Positions 49,630 to 64,000 of a stretch of 64,000 bases of DNA are shown here, piece by piece. This stretch comes from Raillietiella orientalis (lineage: Eukaryota). Under the pieces are notes generated by a model, which was given only the letters and a program-made list of their open reading frames with translations, did no database searches and was not told the DNA's origin. Numbering within the stretch: position 1 is the first letter of the stretch; every line of letters begins with the position of its first letter. The stretch lies in assembly GCA_036172245.1 (NCBI GenBank), contig JAYWIR010000029.1:2480001-2544000 (forward strand), given 5' to 3'. The position numbers and the translations under genes were made by a program.

Positions 49630-52600
49630 GAACTCTTGCTTATGGACAACTGATTCAGCGTTGACAAGATTCATAGAAATTGTTCTCAATATGGATTTTT
49701 AGTTGACCATCCAAGCACTTTCTCTGTACTGCCGAGTGTCCCACTTAATATCCTTCCTTGAGGAGCATGGTAGACAAACCTCAGCAGCTCTAGGTTGATA
49801 AGCAGAATGCCCGAATCACAGCTTGCAAGATCAAAGCGTCCTTACCTTTGAATGAATTGGCTGTATGCATCTTTCCTTTTGTTGCCAAATCCACAAGCGC
49901 CATCACTCACAGCCTCGGAGGATCCTTGATCCATCTTTGTCCTCACTTGCTTTGCCTCACAAGCACAGTGGCATTCGTTCCTGATGACTGCTGAAATTTT
50001 TATTGCGGGCTGATTTTTTTGGACAATTGCTGCTGATTCTAGAAACACCGGCAAATTGTCTTCACGTTGAATTTTCCCTCCTGAGATGCTTGATGCTGGT
50101 CTCTGGTCACACAGCTCTGCAAGCTCGGAAGGCGGCTTGCATGGGATCATCTCTGAGCTTTGGGGCAAAGTGAATTCCCAGCCTGCTCGCGGATTCACTT
50201 CTTCGAGTTCCCTGTCTTTCTGTAAGACTCCCAAGCTCCGACTTGTATTGTACAACTAGAATGGAAAATTATCCAAATGAATGCTTTCTTTTTTCGTTCT
50301 GTCTGTCACCACTGTGAACATAACAGCAGCTTGTGTTCGAACTCGCATGATCCTTGCCAGTACCCCTTCCCTTCCTTTCCACTTTGCAGCTATTTCAAGA
50401 TTTTCTTTTGAGATGCTAGAAATGGCACTAGAAATGAGCCAGTTCTTCAAACTCGAGGATCGACCTGCTGAACCCTCCCTTGCCAAAGCAATAGATGCAA
50501 ATTTCTGCTTAAAAGGAAACTGATGTAGATAGAAATTCTTCTCCAGTTCAATTCTCCTCAGAAGCCGAAATTCAACAAGAATGAGGTGACACTCCTTGGA
50601 CGTGTGATGGTACAAGGTCAGGGAACCTTCCAGAACAGGGAAAAAATGAAAGAATCCAAGCCACCCTTGCGAAAGAAGCCCTTTTGACTCGCAAAAAGAA
50701 ATTTCTGTTGAAATGATCAGCTGATAAGTGCCTTCTCGCCTTGATGCGAACCGGACAGATGTAGTTAGTCATTTTCGATCTTTGTAAGAACGCCTCACAT
50801 CCGTTACTTTCGAATCCTTGAGAATTGCGCGCTTTCCTGATAGCAGAGAATCGGTCAAGTGCCTCCCTATTCCACAGCCTTCACTGAAGAACTCGCCTTA
50901 GTATAGTCTGGAACAAGTGGCTGTACTGGTTTGGTATTAAGCAACAGAAGCTTGTGAAAATTGTGAACAATAAAAAGCACTTTTGGGAAGAGCTGAACAA
51001 GATGAGAGGATTCGCACATGAGGACTCTTTTGTTTACATTTTACTCTTTGCATTTGTTTTGTTTTTTTTTCAAAGCACAGTTCCTCTAGCGTTCTATGTT
51101 TTAAATACGCATCCTACATTCCAGGATTCTTGATAACTGAGGTCCATCTTCGTATTCGTGATAGCGACTTTTTAGCCATTATCTGCAAGATACGGTTCAG
51201 CATTCACAACCACTCTCCAGCAATCTGTCAAACTCCATCACTTCACCATCAGCTTTCCTTAGAATTATGAGCTCCTTTCTCATTTTAATATGCTCTCTCG
51301 TTTCTCACGGAGTTCTCCAAGGGAGTAGCATTTCGGCTGCTTAATTAATTGCTCTACGTGATTTAGCCTTGCTCGAATTCTGGAATTGTTCCAAAACTTG
51401 CTTTGAGAATCTTTCAGACCTGCCATTTGGGGAGAGGAATCGCTCGATGAATCGTGTGCATTCACTCAGCGGGCATTGCATTCATTGCCTTGAACACCGA
51501 ATTCTGGGATCTTAACGAGCAATGAGACAAATGAAAGATAGGAGGATAGGACAATAGCATCGTGCTGGAGGATGGGACCAACCGCGCACGTAGGTGAAAT
51601 TCCAAATACGGAACAAAGCATGGAGAAAAGTCAGAAATCGTCCACGTGGTTTTTTTTCCCCTCCTTCTTCTTCTCCTGTCAGAGTCTTCCGATTCGCGTG
51701 AGTACCAAAAGTTCAAGAAGATTCTCACCCAAAAGTGGAACTGGTTGACTCCTGCTGAAAAAATTCCAAGTCTGTGCACGAGGGAGATTTCGTTGCCGGG
51801 CTTGGATTAAGGTGTCAACAGCTGCTTCGAAATTCCGGGATCAGCACAATCCAATGGATGAATTCGTGAGCCAAATGCATTCTGCTGCAAATGCTAAAAG
51901 ACGAAGCGTTCAGTGTTCTTCTTGCCATGTTTTGTGATGACAGCCAAAATACAAACGAGGGGAAAAAGTGCACGCATCATAAGCAGGAAACAGTTTGGTT
52001 GTGACTTGCAAATGAAGCGGAGGATGCAAAACAATCATCGTCTTGAAGATGGAGCCCTTTTTTTTTTTTTTTCTTTAATGAAAAAGCAGATCTGCTCACA
52101 GGCAAATATACGTGGCACAGACATAATACGTGGCATAACCACCTATCATTTGTTAGGGGATGCTTAACTTAATCTCTAAATTGTCTTTTTTTTTCCGTTG
52201 ATATGATCGTTATAAACTGTCGTTACAATTACGTACTTGATTAATGAATCTAGCATTTGAAAAGTCTGAGAATGTTGCTTTAAAATGATTAAATAATCCA
52301 ACTAGCAGTTTTGATTTTAAAAACTATGACTTTGGTGTTCGTGTTCTTTAGAAACACTGTTTGAATGATGCAAACCCTTATGGTGAGTTGGGAAAACATT
52401 CCCGTATTCTCATGGGAAAGCTATCTATCCATACAAATTCGAGATGATTGTATCCTTCCTCCTGGAAGCAATTTGGATATGGGTGTTTGGAGCCCACACT
52501 CAACTAGAGCTCTCGCGATTACGATTCTTTTGGTATTACCATAAGGAAGCCTAAAGGAATGTTATTTTACCACTGGTAACGTTAAGTGCATTTCAGCAAA

Positions 52601-53054
52601 CGATGAAAGAAGTATAGCCTTTAGGTGCAACCCTGCTTCATAGCCGATCGCGAACAGACTTTCGTCGAAGTGTTCATGATCGGGCTCTTGATTCAAGGGT
52701 CTTTCAGACGTCGACTTTGCAAGAGTTTTACCAGAGTTTCGTATCAGAAGTTTAGAATAGTAAATGCTTCGTGGTAGTCGTGGTAGCTGCTTCACGCGAT
52801 TACCTGAGCACAAGCGAGGATGAGGTAAGTCCGCGCTCCTGGGTAGCTCCTACCATCATGCATGGTAGAAGAACTCACGGAAGGTCGAGGACCCTTTACC
52901 GTACCACCAAGTTTCTATATCATCCGCTAAGCGAAGTGAACAGATGAATTCTGACAGAGGTTGCAGGGTCCTGGACACAATTCATGACACCCAAATCATT
53001 GTCCGTGCGGATGATGGAAATCCTTTCTTTTCTGTCTTTGCAGTGCTTCGACAC

Positions 53055-53185
53055 GGTTCCACGCCATTCGAGGGTGGGTAATTCCTCAAGATAGGGGTAC
53101 CCCGGGAGGGGTCCTCCCTATGAATCCAGGAAGGACTCGGAGTCCGTTCCTCTCACGCCTGGGGAGGGATCCCCGGAAATGGAGA
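53055..53185 (-). mobile_element. SINE-like family, 5'-truncated 3' end
   Basis: aattcctcaagatagggg..tatgaatccaggaaggactcggagtccgttcc matches the reverse complement of 14765-14875. Confidence 0.75.
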
Positions 53186-56100
53186 TCACCTCCATCCTGG
53201 TGCGGGGGCGAGAAAACAAACATCGATTTTGAAATGATCATATTGAAATGATCTTGAAAAGAAAGATGAAAAGATAGTTAAAAAAACAGCGCGTAGTTCA
53301 GAGTTTAAGATGATGGAAACAGCACGTTGGAGGAACTCGTAAAGCCCTTGGAGCATCTCTATGCAAAACTGACTGCATACAGATATGATTGCTGCTGCAC
53401 TTAATTCATCTATAACTACAAAACGAAATCCATTCATTCCTGTTACTGACCTTGTCCGTTTTCTAAACATTCGACAACGGCCGAACATTTTCCGAAAGCG
53501 AAAATCTTTAATGTTTTCCTCCTTCAAGTAGTGCTTCAATTATTCGGGAAAAATTCAACTATAAGGCATGCAGCAATAGGCTGCAAATTTTTTTTTTGTG
53601 TTTTTAGAAAAAAGGAACTCTAATTTAGATGTAATCTTCGAGTATACATCTGAATTTTTAAATGCTCATGTGAGCTCGATGCTCATTGAAAATGCTCCGG
53701 TGAGTTTGTTTTCCAGCTCCCATAGTAACGGTCCTCACATGACCTATAACTTCAAAATGCTCGTTTAGGCACCACGCTGCCCTTTCGACTTTCCTTGCAC
53801 ACTAAGGGCGCAAAGTCGCAAGGAGCGCCTCGGTTTGTACACAAGGCCGTCGGGCACGCCAGCATTCAAATTTGTTGATTCCCAATCTTCCGAAGTTGCA
53901 GCCCAAACAGCACGGCATGGCTACTAAATTTTCCTATAATAGCTACTACTTCACAGTTTGCCGTCTTGCTCTGAAACAACTCTATCGCCGGTCATTTACG
54001 TTATGTTCAAGGGATAACTGGAGCAAGTTCTTGTTCTTGGCAAGTGCAGACGAATGTGCAGAGAATTTTTCATGATGAACCAACTTAAATTGGGCCAAAC
54101 AGGGAAAGAAAAAAAAAAAAATCAAATGAATGACAAACATGGTACACATGGATTTCCCTTAGATCAAACGGCTTGCAGTCAAAATTACATTCGACACTGT
54201 GATGGTTTATTCAAACTTAACGTGCTTATTTTGAGACGACGTAAACTATTAGAACAATTTCTGTCAAATACTTTTGAGAAACTACAAATCATCTCATTTC
54301 CTTGAAACCTGAACAGCAATAAATCTGTAACTCAGCAATTAAGTCAATTGTAACTCTTGAAGATTTTCCCACTTTGGAACTCAATGTGAAATTAAATATT
54401 CTTAAATATTTATAGTTCCTTAAGATACTAGTCACCTATGTTTTGTAAAGCTCATCTTCTAATTCACCTCCTATTCAACAATCTTCAATACCTTACTTCT
54501 AGCAATTTCGGATGGAAAATAATGAATTAAGATTTGGTAAATAAATGCTAAATTGTTACATCACAAAGGTCCTTCACAATACAAAACTAGTAATGCAGCT
54601 GACTCTTCATTTGTACATATGATGTTTCATAAACATGCAAAATGATAATTGATAATTGAAAATTCATAATGCCAAGCAACACTACATGAATGATGGACTC
54701 TGAAGGGAACTGGCTGAAGATTGAAAATATTATGATTAAAATTTGTGAAGACTGCAAACCAACAAGAGACACAGAAAGCCACTAACTTATCCCATCACCA
54801 GCAAAAACATCACTTCATCTTTTCTGAAAATAATGCACAATGAACAGAAAGATCTTCCAAGTTGATAGATTTAAATTGATTGTATCATTGTAAAAGTTCA
54901 CTCTTATTTCACCATCAATCTTGTTTCACTAATCTGGGCATAAAATATGGCATTTTGGACAATCTGAAATTCATTCATGTATTACTTAAGGTGCTTCTTC
55001 ATTTGCATTATACATCCCCAGAAGATATTTCGGTAAGTTCATTACATCTTTCAAATGCATGATAAACAACTTAATTTTAACAAACATCCATTTTATACTA
55101 AGTTACAGCTGCATGTATGGGATGAGAAGAAATGACTGACTGGATCAAATTTAAATTATTAAACAGCCACAAATAAAATCAAAGAAATGTACGAAAAGGA
55201 ATCCACTAAGGAGTGATTATTCTGGTGATGGTCTGAGCAGTGTGCAACAAAGTGAAATAAACATTTACTTGTTAAGACCACGAGTTGGCTTGAATTCTCA
55301 ACGGAGATTCGATCTAAATCCAAATTACTCAAAACTTTGCCAGGTAGCCAGTAAGAACTGAAGGCAATGTAACCGACGGCGACCCTCTGCTTCTGGTGTT
55401 AAACAAATTTTTCGAGTTCTCACAATTCGATTTATTTGATGTTCTCTCAGTTGAAGTTCATTTCGTTTCCTACCTCGGGATTGCCTTTCCGAAAGGAACA
55501 AGATTCACATGGGAATTTCGCAACTCACCTGGAATTCCTACAGATACTGCTGGATAAAAAAAAATGTCAGCAAAATTTCTTACAACAGGATTGTCTTTAG
55601 CAACGAAACTTTATGAGAATAATCCATGCCTATATTCGCTGATTATTTAAACTCTAAATTCACTAAAATTCACTGCCACGATGGCCGGCAGCTGAATCTA
55701 CTACCAGCACAAGGACCGCCGGCATCCTCCGGGATCGTCAAAGGCTCGGGATGGCTCCCGCAGCATCCGCAACAGCGCATCTGCGCGCGCCCAAGGTTAC
55801 AAACTTCGAAAATAACCAGACAAAAGGCAAAGATCACACATTCGAAAACCACTGGAACTCTTAATTTTCGGAATATGGACCCACGAAAGAATTCCGTAAT
55901 AGGAAGCGATTGAAAAGAATCGTTAATTGAAAGTACGCTAAAGCTCGAAATAAGCGCCGAAAAGTAATTGTTTGTGTTGGCAACTGTTGATACTCTTGGT
56001 AAACGTTAAGACTCTCTCATACATAGCCACAAAGGAGCACGAAAATGAACCGTGGATAGGTGGCAATTTTCCGCGCTGATGTACAAGCAGCAAAAAACTG

Positions 56101-59100
56101 AAGTAGCCGAATTAATTACTCTACTACAAACGTTTAAGGCCATAAACATTAACAAAGGTCATGCTTCAATCCATGATTTCAGGATACAGAATGAAGGAAC
56201 GCAAAAGCAATCAGACACTGTTATCCCTACGATAGCCTTGTCCTAAATCAATGAAAGCAATGTATTATTGTTTGAATATCCAATATGGCGTATTTGTGCA
56301 TATCATATGTTTTGCTTCAAGATTGCATTAATCAAGATGTCTCCGAACACCCAGTTTCCCTTTATCGTCCTGCGTAGAAACTCCTGAAACTGTCCTGGTA
56401 TTATTCCCTTGCTTTGAAAGTTTTTGTGCTATCCCACTCCCCCCTCCAGCTTTTAGGAAAGGGCAAAAGGAGAATGTGTCATTGCGTGATTTTAAACAAT
56501 TTTGTTATGCTATGATTTTTTTTCTTTAAAACTTGAAAAGTATACTGAGAAGGCAAAATTAATCTTTTTCTTTTAAATGCTTTCAGTTTTCCTATTTTTA
56601 AAAAATCTCATCATCGTTTAGGAACAGAAAGCTCCAGAGATATGCGATCTCTATATGGAAACAAACGTTCTCATTCATAATTAAGCAAGCAATGGAAACG
56701 AGCTAGATATTGTAGGAAGACTTCCACTGGAGATTTAGGAGGGATCAGATGCTATCGGATGTTCTCTTCAGTTTCTGCTTATGGTAACTTTAAAAATTGG
56801 CGACGCTTTTGAATTTTAATTTACTGCGTCACTATAAAAATGTAATTACAAGTGTATCTTATCCTGTTCTTAAATTGGGGTGCTAAATTGTGATTTTAAT
56901 TTATTGCACTAATTATCATTGCGTTCGTTATTGTGCTTCTCATCGTTGCATTGCCTCGTTCCTTTTATTCTCTACAACAGTAAATCGTTAGCTTTGCCTT
57001 CTGTTACTCATATTCTCGTCTACGAAATGATTTCTAAGTCTTCTCAAGCACCGTAAAATAGGAAACCATCTACCTTTTCATTTCAGGTGTTTTGCAATGG
57101 AACATTGACTTCTTTAGTTAGGGTATCGGTTCAAAAGTACCTTTAAGATGCTGGTGTTCGGAGATTCCTCATTAATGGGATATGGCTGGAAAAAAACAGG
57201 AGCACATCATCACAAGTTCTTTTATTTGATCATGAATGTATTAGATTTTTCATTCTACTTGCCAGGGCAGCGGCAGTTCTCCACAGTATTCATTCTCAGT
57301 AAGACTCATTGATGCTTACTTTAAAGTTTACTCTTACTAAGTATGAATCTTTCTCCTAAAATTCCCAAATTAAACGTTTTTTGTACCTTGAGCTCAATCG
57401 AGACTTTCTGATTATCATTACAATTTGCAGAGTTGCCCGTTCGTTTGTTTTTCTTATTCAGTAACATGAGAAAATGCTGAGGATTATTTAGAAAAGCAGT
57501 ACGGGGATGTTTTTTTTTTTTTTCAAAAAAAAAAGGACGGAATTAAATTTCAAAATTCATCAGACTTTCTATGTTCTTGTGTGAATCTTTTATGCTGTGA
57601 TGCTTAGGATGGAGAATGTAACAGTTTAAGGATTGGTTTGCTATTGTCCCTTAGTCATTTTCAAAACCGAACTGTAAGGGGTTTGTCGCTCTCTCCTTCT
57701 TCCTGCTTCCATCCTTGCATCTTTCGTGCTGTCTGTAGTGATAAATCGGAGAAATGATCACCATCGAACTGAATCAGTCTGTTGAGCAGGAATCAAGCAA
57801 GTCTGTGTTGAGCTGTTCGTTGTCATGAAGAAATGGAATTTCTACTAATACTTTGGAGGTGTTGGAGAATATCGTACACACCTGGGATGGTGAGAAATCA
57901 AAGAACCTCCTCACCAGTGATGCAAAGCCATCTTTTGTTTTCTTTTTCACAACAGAAATCCCAAGACAGAGCTGTCAGTTGCGCAATGAAAGGCGAAGGT
58001 TCCCAAGGATTTGAGCACGTTTTGAAGAAAGAAATATCAGAATACTCCTAAAAGTGTGGTTCTGAGAAGTCAGTGATCTGTCTGCTTTTATGACCAATGG
58101 AAAATGCAATCCAGAATTTTTACACACAACCGGAGGAAAGTATTTCGGTTTTCTAATGGATTTTTTGAGCCATCGACAATTTGAATTAGAGTGATGTTGA
58201 AGACAGCGTAGGATACCGCCAGGAATGAATAAAAAGAACTGTCTGGACTCACGCTTGGATCGCAAAGCATAAAAAAAGAAAAATGCTTTCTATAGAATAT
58301 GTTTGAAGTATGATGGAAACTATTTATAAAGAAATTCAGCTCACCATAGATGAGTCAACTAAATCGCTGTAAAAACTGAATGTGAGGATAAGTTGGAGGT
58401 TCTGAATTCTATGATGCTCTGATATAATGGCCAGTAAGTCCAAAATAATTGTTAAAGGAAGTCTGGATTTTCAGACTTCAGTAACGAAAAATATGCTTTG
58501 CCAACCAATCTTCTGTTTCAGGAATTCGGTATCTAGTAGAAATTGTGAAGAAAGCTATCTTGCATTACACTTTGCTTCGCTTTACTAGTGAAAGATTCAA
58601 GCAGGCTCGATTCATCATAGAACGATGTAAGTGACTAAATCAGTTTGTTTCGCAATTTAGGAAGCAAAAAAGTTCTTTCTAAGTAGGAGAAAAGAAAAAA
58701 AAACAGGTCTGCAGTCGTTATTCGAATGCCTGCAACAATTTCTCGAAAAAATATTCAAATGATTGGGATTATCTCAAGTCTTTTATGATGGTGAAGGAAG
58801 ATATTGTTCTTCATTAGCTTATTGAGAAGGTTTATACGAGAAACAGCACTAGTAATCTATGGGAAATCTTTGAGTGTTATCTGAATGTGACCACGTGATG
58901 GAGGAAGGTTTAGAGCTGAGGAGTTTTCCAGGAAAGAATGTAAGAAAGCAGGTATAAACAAGTTGGGAGACCCCGGTACCTAGACAAAGCAACTAGGGAA
59001 AACAGGTACCAAATTCCTGCTATGGCCTGCACTCAGGATGAGCTCCAGAAAAACAAACTGTAAGTAGGTGTGTGGCTTCTAAGCAAAACAAGTTGACGTT

Positions 59101-59499
59101 CAAGCCGAAGAAAAAAATCTGTCGTATTCTCCAAAACGAAATCTTTTCGCGAGAAGAGAAAATACATCTGGAAGTGTGGAAAACAAGAAATATGTAACTT
59201 GAAGGAGCATTCTACGCAGAAAGGATGTAATGGATAAAGATAAATATGTTGGTGCAATGCGTTCAACATGTTAACAAAAAAGGGTTTCTCGTTTCAAGCA
59301 CTATCCACGTACTGAACTAGCTACTTGTGATTTGACCTTCAAAGTCGAGGGTTTTGAAATGATCAAGCAAGCTATGTGTTTTCTCTCAGTTCCATCCACA
59401 TATGAAAAAGCTTAGCAAGAGCAGGTTCCTTAGTGGACCACCGAATATGTCAGTGGAAGATGGAAAGACCATTGGGTCCATCTGGGAGCTTGGAGTGCA

Positions 59500-61050
59500 T
59501 TATCAAGCGCTCACGAAACTTTGCGGCCATCCGAAGAGATGCAAACGTTTCACACGTCGGCGAATAAATGGTCAGGTATTCCGCGATGACCAAATTTTAG
59601 CGCATTTTTCGGTCGCCGAAGTCACATCGTTTCCAACGTGATCTGTCGTAGTGGCAAAGCCAAGATCTGAAACCGCAGCTTGAGATAAAACGAACGCACC
59701 CTCGTCCCATCTCGTTGCAGAAGGGTTCGTATTTGCAAAAGTCGCAATCGATTTGCCAATAACCCGACGTGTTTTTGTGAATAAGCAACTTCACTGGGAT
59801 CTGCGAAGGAAGACAGCTTTCGGCGAAATCTATGGCAAGAAGCGTGTTATTATTCAGGATTCCTAAAACCAGTGGTTTCAGAAGAGAGACACTTCATCAT
59901 GCATGTTTCAAAGGATGACTGTCGAACACGTGTGAAAAATGTACGATAAAAGTGCTATCAGCAGAGGATGGAAATCTTTTCCTCGGGAAATATAGGAAAG
60001 TTCTCAACCAAAACAAAAATATTTCCTCTGACATGTCGTATGAGATAAATGAAATGCTCCCAAACACGCCCATCGCTCTGAGGTTACTTCCAAGAATAGC
60101 TTAGTATTCTCGGAGAAAGGTCTCTGCCTAGAATGAAGCCAAGCAAAACATGATTGGCAATAAATAATCGAAAAACATTGATAATTTAGCAATCAGTACA
60201 ACAGAAAAGGGAACCAAAGAAGGAAGCGAAGTGCTCCAAGGAAGAAACCAGACTCGTTCAAATGTGATACAGTAAATTTACTTTATTCTTAATGCATGGT
60301 TCTGACCTCTGATGAAGTTCATTGTCTGCGATATGAAATTGATGACTATTTGAAAGCACCATGAAAATAGTGGTCAAAACTCTAGCTCAGTTCTCTCGAG
60401 CGTTGATCCGACAACACTCTCGTTTTCCCTCCTTTTTTCCATATCGCGTTTCTCTTCGGAGTAAAATGTTACCGAAAATAAATTTAAAGCCACATAAAAA
60501 GAATACCGAGACACTCTTCTTGGAAATGATTATCATATCAATTTTTTTGGAGGCATATTCGTACCAACTCCAGCTGACAGTCATCTGTATGTTGCGGGGA
60601 TGAAGTGGAGGGCGGCCTGATATCTATTTCACGAAAGTCACAGGGATCTACAGATCTCACAGAAGACGTCACAGATAGCAGGATGCTGAGTCTAAAAGAT
60701 TCTGTCTGCACCCTCTGGCACATAGGCAACATCACTTGAAGCATCCGTTCCGAATCGTCCCCCTCCTCCTGGGAATAAGCTGATCTGGATTTTCCTATCA
60801 CTGAATAAAAAGTGCGTATCAGATAAATACCAAAATGAATCTGCTGTGAAGAAAAAAAGATGCAAATCAGGAAGACAGGTCCGAGCATTTTCAGAATGAA
60901 GTGCCTTTTCCGAGGAGACAAAGAGGAAGGTGAATTTTGCTGATCATCAGAAGCTGGATTGAAAATATGATGAATCAACTCGGGTTTTATTTCTTCGTCA
61001 CTTGCGAAATGAAAAAAGATAAATGAATTCTTCCTGATCACTGCAGTGCA
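59500..61050 (-). pseudogene. Possible decayed HMGXB3/Zisupton (KDZ)-like transposase
   Basis: Minus-strand fragments in the order I recall for HMGXB3-like proteins: FASDEEIKPEL, W..ASKKI...VFF, PLVLGILNNNTLLAIDF, GYW/CxxCxxxP; frames broken. Confidence 0.4.
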
Positions 61051-64000
61051 GCCAGTGCAGCCGTCAGGTTATTTTTAAAAGGGTACCTGCTTCAGGGAGA
61101 GGATTTCTTTCTTTCTGGGAACCCTTTTTTGTGTAAGCTGTGCTAAAAAGTGTTCAAGATTACAGAGAGCGTAATACAGAGAACCCCCAAAGAACGTGGG
61201 TTCGTGTAAGGCAACGGAGACCCTCCTCGTACAACGCAGTAAAGCGGTCCACACGATGCTGTGCAGGAATTTCGGTTCTGTGGTACGACGTCAGTTCTGA
61301 TGCTTTCGAAAAAGAATGCAAACGTCTGATTTAAGTAGGTTGGATTTTGTCTTATTCAGACCTTCGTGAATAAAATCGCTCAAGAAGATGCATTTTTCAA
61401 CAGTCTGAGCGATAGGGCCGAAACTACATGGAATATTTTGAATCGACAAAACAAAACTTGAAAAGTTTTTTTTTTTTTTCCACTTCATATTAAATAATAA
61501 ATAAACACTTTTAATTTTGACTCTAAAGAGAGATGATAAATATTGCACTGTACAATGTTTGAGGGGCATTTTATGTCTTTCATGAATATTATCCATGCAT
61601 AACCCACAAGTTCCTATAAGGTGGATGCGTATAACGCAGAACTCATCCTCCCCGTCGTACGGTGGTCTACTTTACTCGTATTCTTCATTCCGAAGACATA
61701 GGGAACAAGAGGAGGCCATGAAAATCATGAATTAGTTTGACATCATAGTATGGCATCACATTAGGATTGGCAGCTCCCAGCAGCATGTTTCTTAGCAATG
61801 ACACGGGGTTTCATCCAGCAATTTCTAGGACTCAGCCTCATCAAAATGCTAAGCAACTTCACCCTTCCTCAGGCTACCCTTTTCACCGTGTCTTTACACT
61901 CTGCTTTGACATGGTTTCTTGAGATGTGCCAGCTCTCTGGAGACCACCAGATGTTACTGTAAGATACTGTAAGATGCTGCAGCGTATCAAAGGAAATTGC
62001 ATTCATCATAGGCACACTAGAGATATCGCTACTTCAAAATCATAACATACGATGCAAACAACACACCTGGGTGGTTCCACTACTTTCTCTAGGGCTCCTC
62101 GTTTGCGAACGAAGCACATCCGCAACTTTCAAATGTCAGAGGCGAGAATTTTTGCGGTTTGCCAGCACTCACCGATTCAAGTTAGGATTGGAACTTGCCT
62201 ATGGCACTGTTTAGTTGAAGCAATCGTCAGGAGTTAAGGGATCCAAGAAGTGCTCCAAAGCTTGGCTTCATCTCACTCTACTGTTCCGGAAATAGCGAGA
62301 AGTGGAGAGAGTGATCTTGTTCAGCCAAGGGATATCCTACTCCTTCCATCCTTCCTAAGGTTTTCTCCTTTAAGTGGGAACACCAGGGAACTCTTGGTTA
62401 ATCATGAGCTTTCTGTACCCTAAACATGCATTACCGGTTCATTTAAAAGGAACTTTAGTTTCTTGAGTTTTCCATGGATGACTCCCATACAATAGGTTTC
62501 CATGTCTCTACCAAAGTTAGTTTAGAGCTCGACTACCTTTCAAGCATGAAGAATAACTTTCCGTTATGAAAGGCAGCTTGCCCTTCGTGACACAGAAGCG
62601 CAAATTCCGCGCTGCTTAGTGTCACATGGAAGAAAGGAGCTGCTTGGAAGTATTCTCTTCGTTCCTCCATCTTTGTCTTTCTTTAACGAGGCTTTTAATA
62701 GTTTGCAGAGTCGATTGGCTCAGTTCCACCTATCACTGCCTAGCATCGTTCAGAGATGAATTGCTGTGCGGTTTAGGCAAGGAAAACTATGGAACCCGAG
62801 AGGTGTGGACACCATGGTTCCACTGATACAAGTCCGATGGAACTTATACGGAAGGAATGTTGGGTTTCAGAAGCGAAACTCTGGGTCCTTCCCCAGTGAG
62901 CACGCAGTCCTGCTTTTGCACACACACCTTCATGTGAAAGATGAGGAGTTTGGCATCAAGGCTCAGCTTCCATCTTAAAGAATTGGAACCATCCCCTTGC
63001 AAAGAATTCATATGCCCTCGGTATCCGGTTCAAGAATCAGGAACTGAGAGTACGTCTTATCTTCAGGGTCTTCAAATCCACCCTCCACAAATATCAGTTG
63101 CTCAATATCGCATCATCCATTCATCCTTTTCTTTCATAAGGTGCACCATAACCGCGACTTGAATTTCCCATCTTTGGGTCACAGGGATAGATGTCGAAAA
63201 AACTGAGCTCGACGGATCACTTGTGAGCTGAGAATCGACTCCTCCCTTTATGTGTGTGTATGTGTGTGTTTTAATCTCAAACAATCCTTAACGATCCTTG
63301 TCCTGCATCTTGGCCAGTCTCACAGACGTCTGCCCTCTCAACGAAAGTTCTTTGTTTTCCCGAAGTGGATTTACAAAAAATACTGTGAAACTACTTTCGA
63401 TGCAGGAAGCAAAGAAAATGTCAGCATAGCAATTCACCCTGCGGTCTGGAGACCGTAAAAGTGTGTCTTGAATCTGTAAACAAGAAACAAGATTCCCAAC
63501 AACTTTCCTTGTTATTCCTTCTCTTCAACAAGATCGGATGACAGTGCATGCGGGATCCATCCGTTACTCCGAATGGCCATCAACTCTCAGCTTCCGTGCT
63601 AATGCTCGCCTCATAGTGAAGCCCCCCGAGTCTCCAAGAACAACACACTAGCACGAGCCTTCGGATTTCATGACGACCGCATCGAAACCGCGCTGGGAGG
63701 TCACTCGGAAACCGCTTGCTGCTGACGTCTTCAGACCCTTAGTGGTCTTTAGATGACTGACAGTTACATCGTGAACTCTCCAGCCACGCCACAAGGTGAT
63801 TCGGTGGTCCACTGCATGGCTCCAATCTACCACCATTTTTATCACTTCTGTACGATGACTCGCTCCTGCGGATCCGGAAATCATGAAAAGATGTTCCAGA
63901 AACATGCTGGAAATCATCCGATCTTCTTCCCGTGACGGTGGATCTCAAAGCTCCCTGACTCCTAGGTGCTGTCTCTTTCGTAAGAAAAACGGCATCCGAG

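Noticed and set aside
1..64000. CRISPR arrays, rRNA or prokaryotic operons
   Set aside because: No regularly spaced direct repeats, rRNA motifs or dense gene packing; the sequence has spliceosomal introns and LINEs

Overview
Eukaryotic (probably arthropod, inferred) genomic DNA, mostly decayed mobile elements. One host gene can be spliced on the minus strand from four phase-1 exons (28804-28690, 16829-16683, 9349-9188, 2183-1992). It encodes a signal peptide, two Cys-rich EB-like modules and a transmembrane helix. Upstream of it (29.5-47.2 kb) lies a nested cluster of inactivated L1/Tx1-like non-LTR retrotransposons (CCHC ORF1, APE endonuclease, RT, C-terminal Cys/His motif). Their 3' ends have no poly(A) and end in a conserved AATAAA-N1-2-CCCCGGCGYACCCGGGTG motif. 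A 650-800 bp tRNA-headed SINE-like family (six copies) ends in a related motif. Also present: a Utopia/NeSL-type RLE retroelement 3' fragment, a 39-nt U2 snRNA 5' fragment, a four-copy AT-rich repeat abutting TA tracts, possible Zisupton/KDZ (HMGXB3-like) transposase relics, and one intact 346-aa orphan ORF. All family calls come from motifs recognised by eye; no searches were run and boundaries of decayed elements are approximate.
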